Below, piece after piece: positions 61,701-64,000 of a stretch of DNA of 64,000 bases. The DNA comes from Amoebophrya sp. A120 (taxonomy: Eukaryota; Protista; Dinoflagellata), in assembly GCA_905178155.1 (NCBI GenBank), contig CAJINV010000003.1:7187612-7251611 (forward strand). Direction: 5' to 3'. A model generated the notes under the pieces. It made no database searches and was not told the DNA's origin. It saw only the letters and a program-made list of their open reading frames with translations. Each line of letters begins with the position of its first letter. Position 1 is the stretch's first letter. A program made the position numbers and the translations under genes.

Positions 61701-63884
61701 ATACGGTGGCAGTGCGAACTCGTCGGGGTTAGAGGCATAGGCAGCACAGGATGTCATTCGCTGCGGAGTTTGAGGATCGGACCCGTGGCTGGCGACGTCG
61801 TCGAGGTATGATGTGTATTGCGCGTCCTCTTGCGCTGCACCGCTCTTATTTTTTGATTTCTTCTTCAGTTTCAGTCCTGCAGCGGTTGTCGGACCAGGAG
61901 CTGCCTTGTCTGCCGTCCGCATGACGGGTGTAGTTCTGGTGTAGAAATTGCTGTCGTGTGCACCACCTGGTGCGGCACTCGCAGCCGCAGCCGCACTTTC
62001 TCTCGTGCGGCTGACGACGTGCTGCAGACGGGCCCCTTGTTGTCTGTCGCCCGCTAGGCCGAATCCCGAGGGCCCAATAGAGGCAGCCTGAATTTCTGGC
62101 GGCCGGAAGTCGAACCCACTTGCAGCAGAGGCAAAACTCTTGCTTCCACCTGCAGAGAATATAGAAAAACTGGAAATATAGAAATCTTTCAACAAATCAA
62201 AATTAAGTATGTATCGCGACGTAATCAACTACTACGACACATGACCCAGCATCTACAACAGCTCCAGAGTGGTGCAGCCGTACTAGAAGTAGAAGATGAA
62301 GAGAGGGTTATAACAAGTGCATAGAGAGTCAATCGCTCAATGAGACCACCCCTTGCAGCTGGACAACGGGCAGACATTTAATTATATTTCGCAATTCTCA
62401 TAATCCAGGAAGTTTTGCAGGGGCGAGCTGCTTCATCTACGTGCACTTTGCCCTCATCTTGCTTCAGTTCTAATGGAGCCATGATGTCAACAACACAAGC
62501 GTGGCGCGGCCCAAGGCGACACGTCTTCTGACAAGCGACGTTGTTCTTGTTCGGCGTAAACGGCTGGGAACATACAAGCACGATATAGAAGTTTTGATCA
62601 ATTTCCATAGAGTTGTAGTAGCGCGCTTTTGTTCCCTGTATGAGTATGTACAGAAGTTGCCAGAAAGCTCAAGCTGGTACAGTGCAGCTTCTGACATAAA
62701 CAAAAACGTATTCTAAGCGCGAATAATATTAAATGGCTTACAGTTGGTGAATCATGGGCACAGCAGGTAGCAGCGCGTGCTTGAGCAGGAGGCGCAGCGG
62801 CGGGCAGACGCTTGCAAGCATGCGGTGGGAGTACGGCGGCACGTTTGCGCGCTAGTACTAGCAATCGAAGTACAAGTACAGGAAGACCACGACCACGAGG
62901 CATGACTGATAGCGTAGTAAACATTTAGCTGTAGTACCGCTCTGTTCTCTCAGAACAGACCCACTGGGACCGGCCGCGCGATAAGGACGCCGTCCAGACA
63001 GGTGGTCATCCAACATGACATCAGGCAGCTGCGATCGGCAGTATGCAATGCAAATTATTTTTGCACTATGTAATCCCCGGCGGAGTCAATGTCAACAACA
63101 ACAACATGCAAACGAAGTATAAAATCGTTACTGTCCGCGATTCCGTTTCCAATTTTGCACAGTGAGCGAAACTCTCGTAGCAATGCGCAGTCATGACAGA
63201 CCGCCGCAATAACGACGCACTATACAGCTGACAATTATGAATCTGTATCCAAGCAACTTTGTGCACGCTTTGGAACGTCGTTCGGGACAGAGTCCTGTCC
63301 TTGAAGCGAGCTTCTATTGATTTCGGAATTCTATTTGGAAATCGTGTCGCTCTGAGAAAGCTCTACTGATGCAGAAGATTCATCGGATTTTTCAAATTCC
63401 TTCGCCAAAATAAGAAAGTACATCATTAATTTGCACATGATATCGATGTCGCGGCAACGACACACAGCATCCCTTGGATTTCCTCAAGTACGAGAAGAAA
63501 AGCGGCGCAAACAACTAGAGCCCAGATAATAGGATGACGCAAGCGGATTATCATCGTCGGGACAGCCGCACCAACGAGGGAGGGCGAGCCGGGTTTCTTC
63601 TTCTTGCTGTTCCTCCACACCTCGTTCGGCTGCACTGACGTCTTTCCAGTCTTTCTGCTGCCGGTCTTGCAGTCTTTGCCAAAAAGGCCTACATCCACAT
63701 CAGGGGTTGCTAGCGGCTGGGGTTGGCCAAAATTCGCGGTCACGACATGCCGAGCGTCCCTCGAGCCGAGGGTCGTGACGTTCTTTGCGAAGTCGATGTG
63801 GTGTTTCATGGCGCAGAAAACTTCAGTCAGCTCCCCCAGGGGAAGCGGCTTCCGTTTCACCCGCGCACTTGCGTTGGTAAACAT
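58755..63884 (-). CDS. Low-complexity coding exons (58755-59384, 60459-60845, 61449-62228, 63426-63884): cyclin N-terminus and/or upstream hypothetical genes
   Basis: GC-rich open frames separated by AT-rich stretches; no family recognised. Confidence 0.35.
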
Positions 63885-64000
63885 TTCCGAAGTAAAAAAA
63901 GTAAAAGCGCTTTATTCACAGGTGCGAACTTAATATTAACGCTCGAAATAAGTATAAGTAGCGGAATCGGAATACCAGATGCAGAGTGGTCAGCTGTTGC

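Noticed and set aside
1-64000. Dinoflagellate spliced-leader relics, tRNA/rRNA genes, autonomous transposase or RT
   Set aside because: None recognised by eye; degenerate copies could have been missed without a search.

Overview
Eukaryotic, intron-rich genomic DNA. Nearly all recognisable genes are on the minus strand: fumarylacetoacetase, a ~2290-aa secreted PAN/F-type-lectin-like protein with two lesions, a BTB-BACK protein, a very long eIF4G, a GT90/CAP10-type glycosyltransferase and a PHO80/P-type cyclin. Gene content, one-directional layout and intron style suggest a syndinian/dinoflagellate such as Amoebophrya; this is inference, not a database match. Two structures stand out. (1) At least 23 non-canonical introns are MITE-like elements. 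They start TAT, end ATA, carry terminal inverted repeats and sit between 5-bp direct repeats. Removing the element plus 5 nt keeps the reading frame in each case I traced, and related copies occur in both orientations. Such introners are known in Amoebophrya. (2) At 43.55-51.3 kb, unrelated 5'-truncated gene fragments (ankyrin, AP2-like, Cys-motif) are separated by copies of one 38-bp hairpin-containing sequence with variable extensions and a nearly fixed junction. This looks like repeated site-specific capture of genomic DNA with target duplication, and I cannot assign it to a known element. All splice models were derived by hand without RNA data. A 649-bp N gap lies inside the array.
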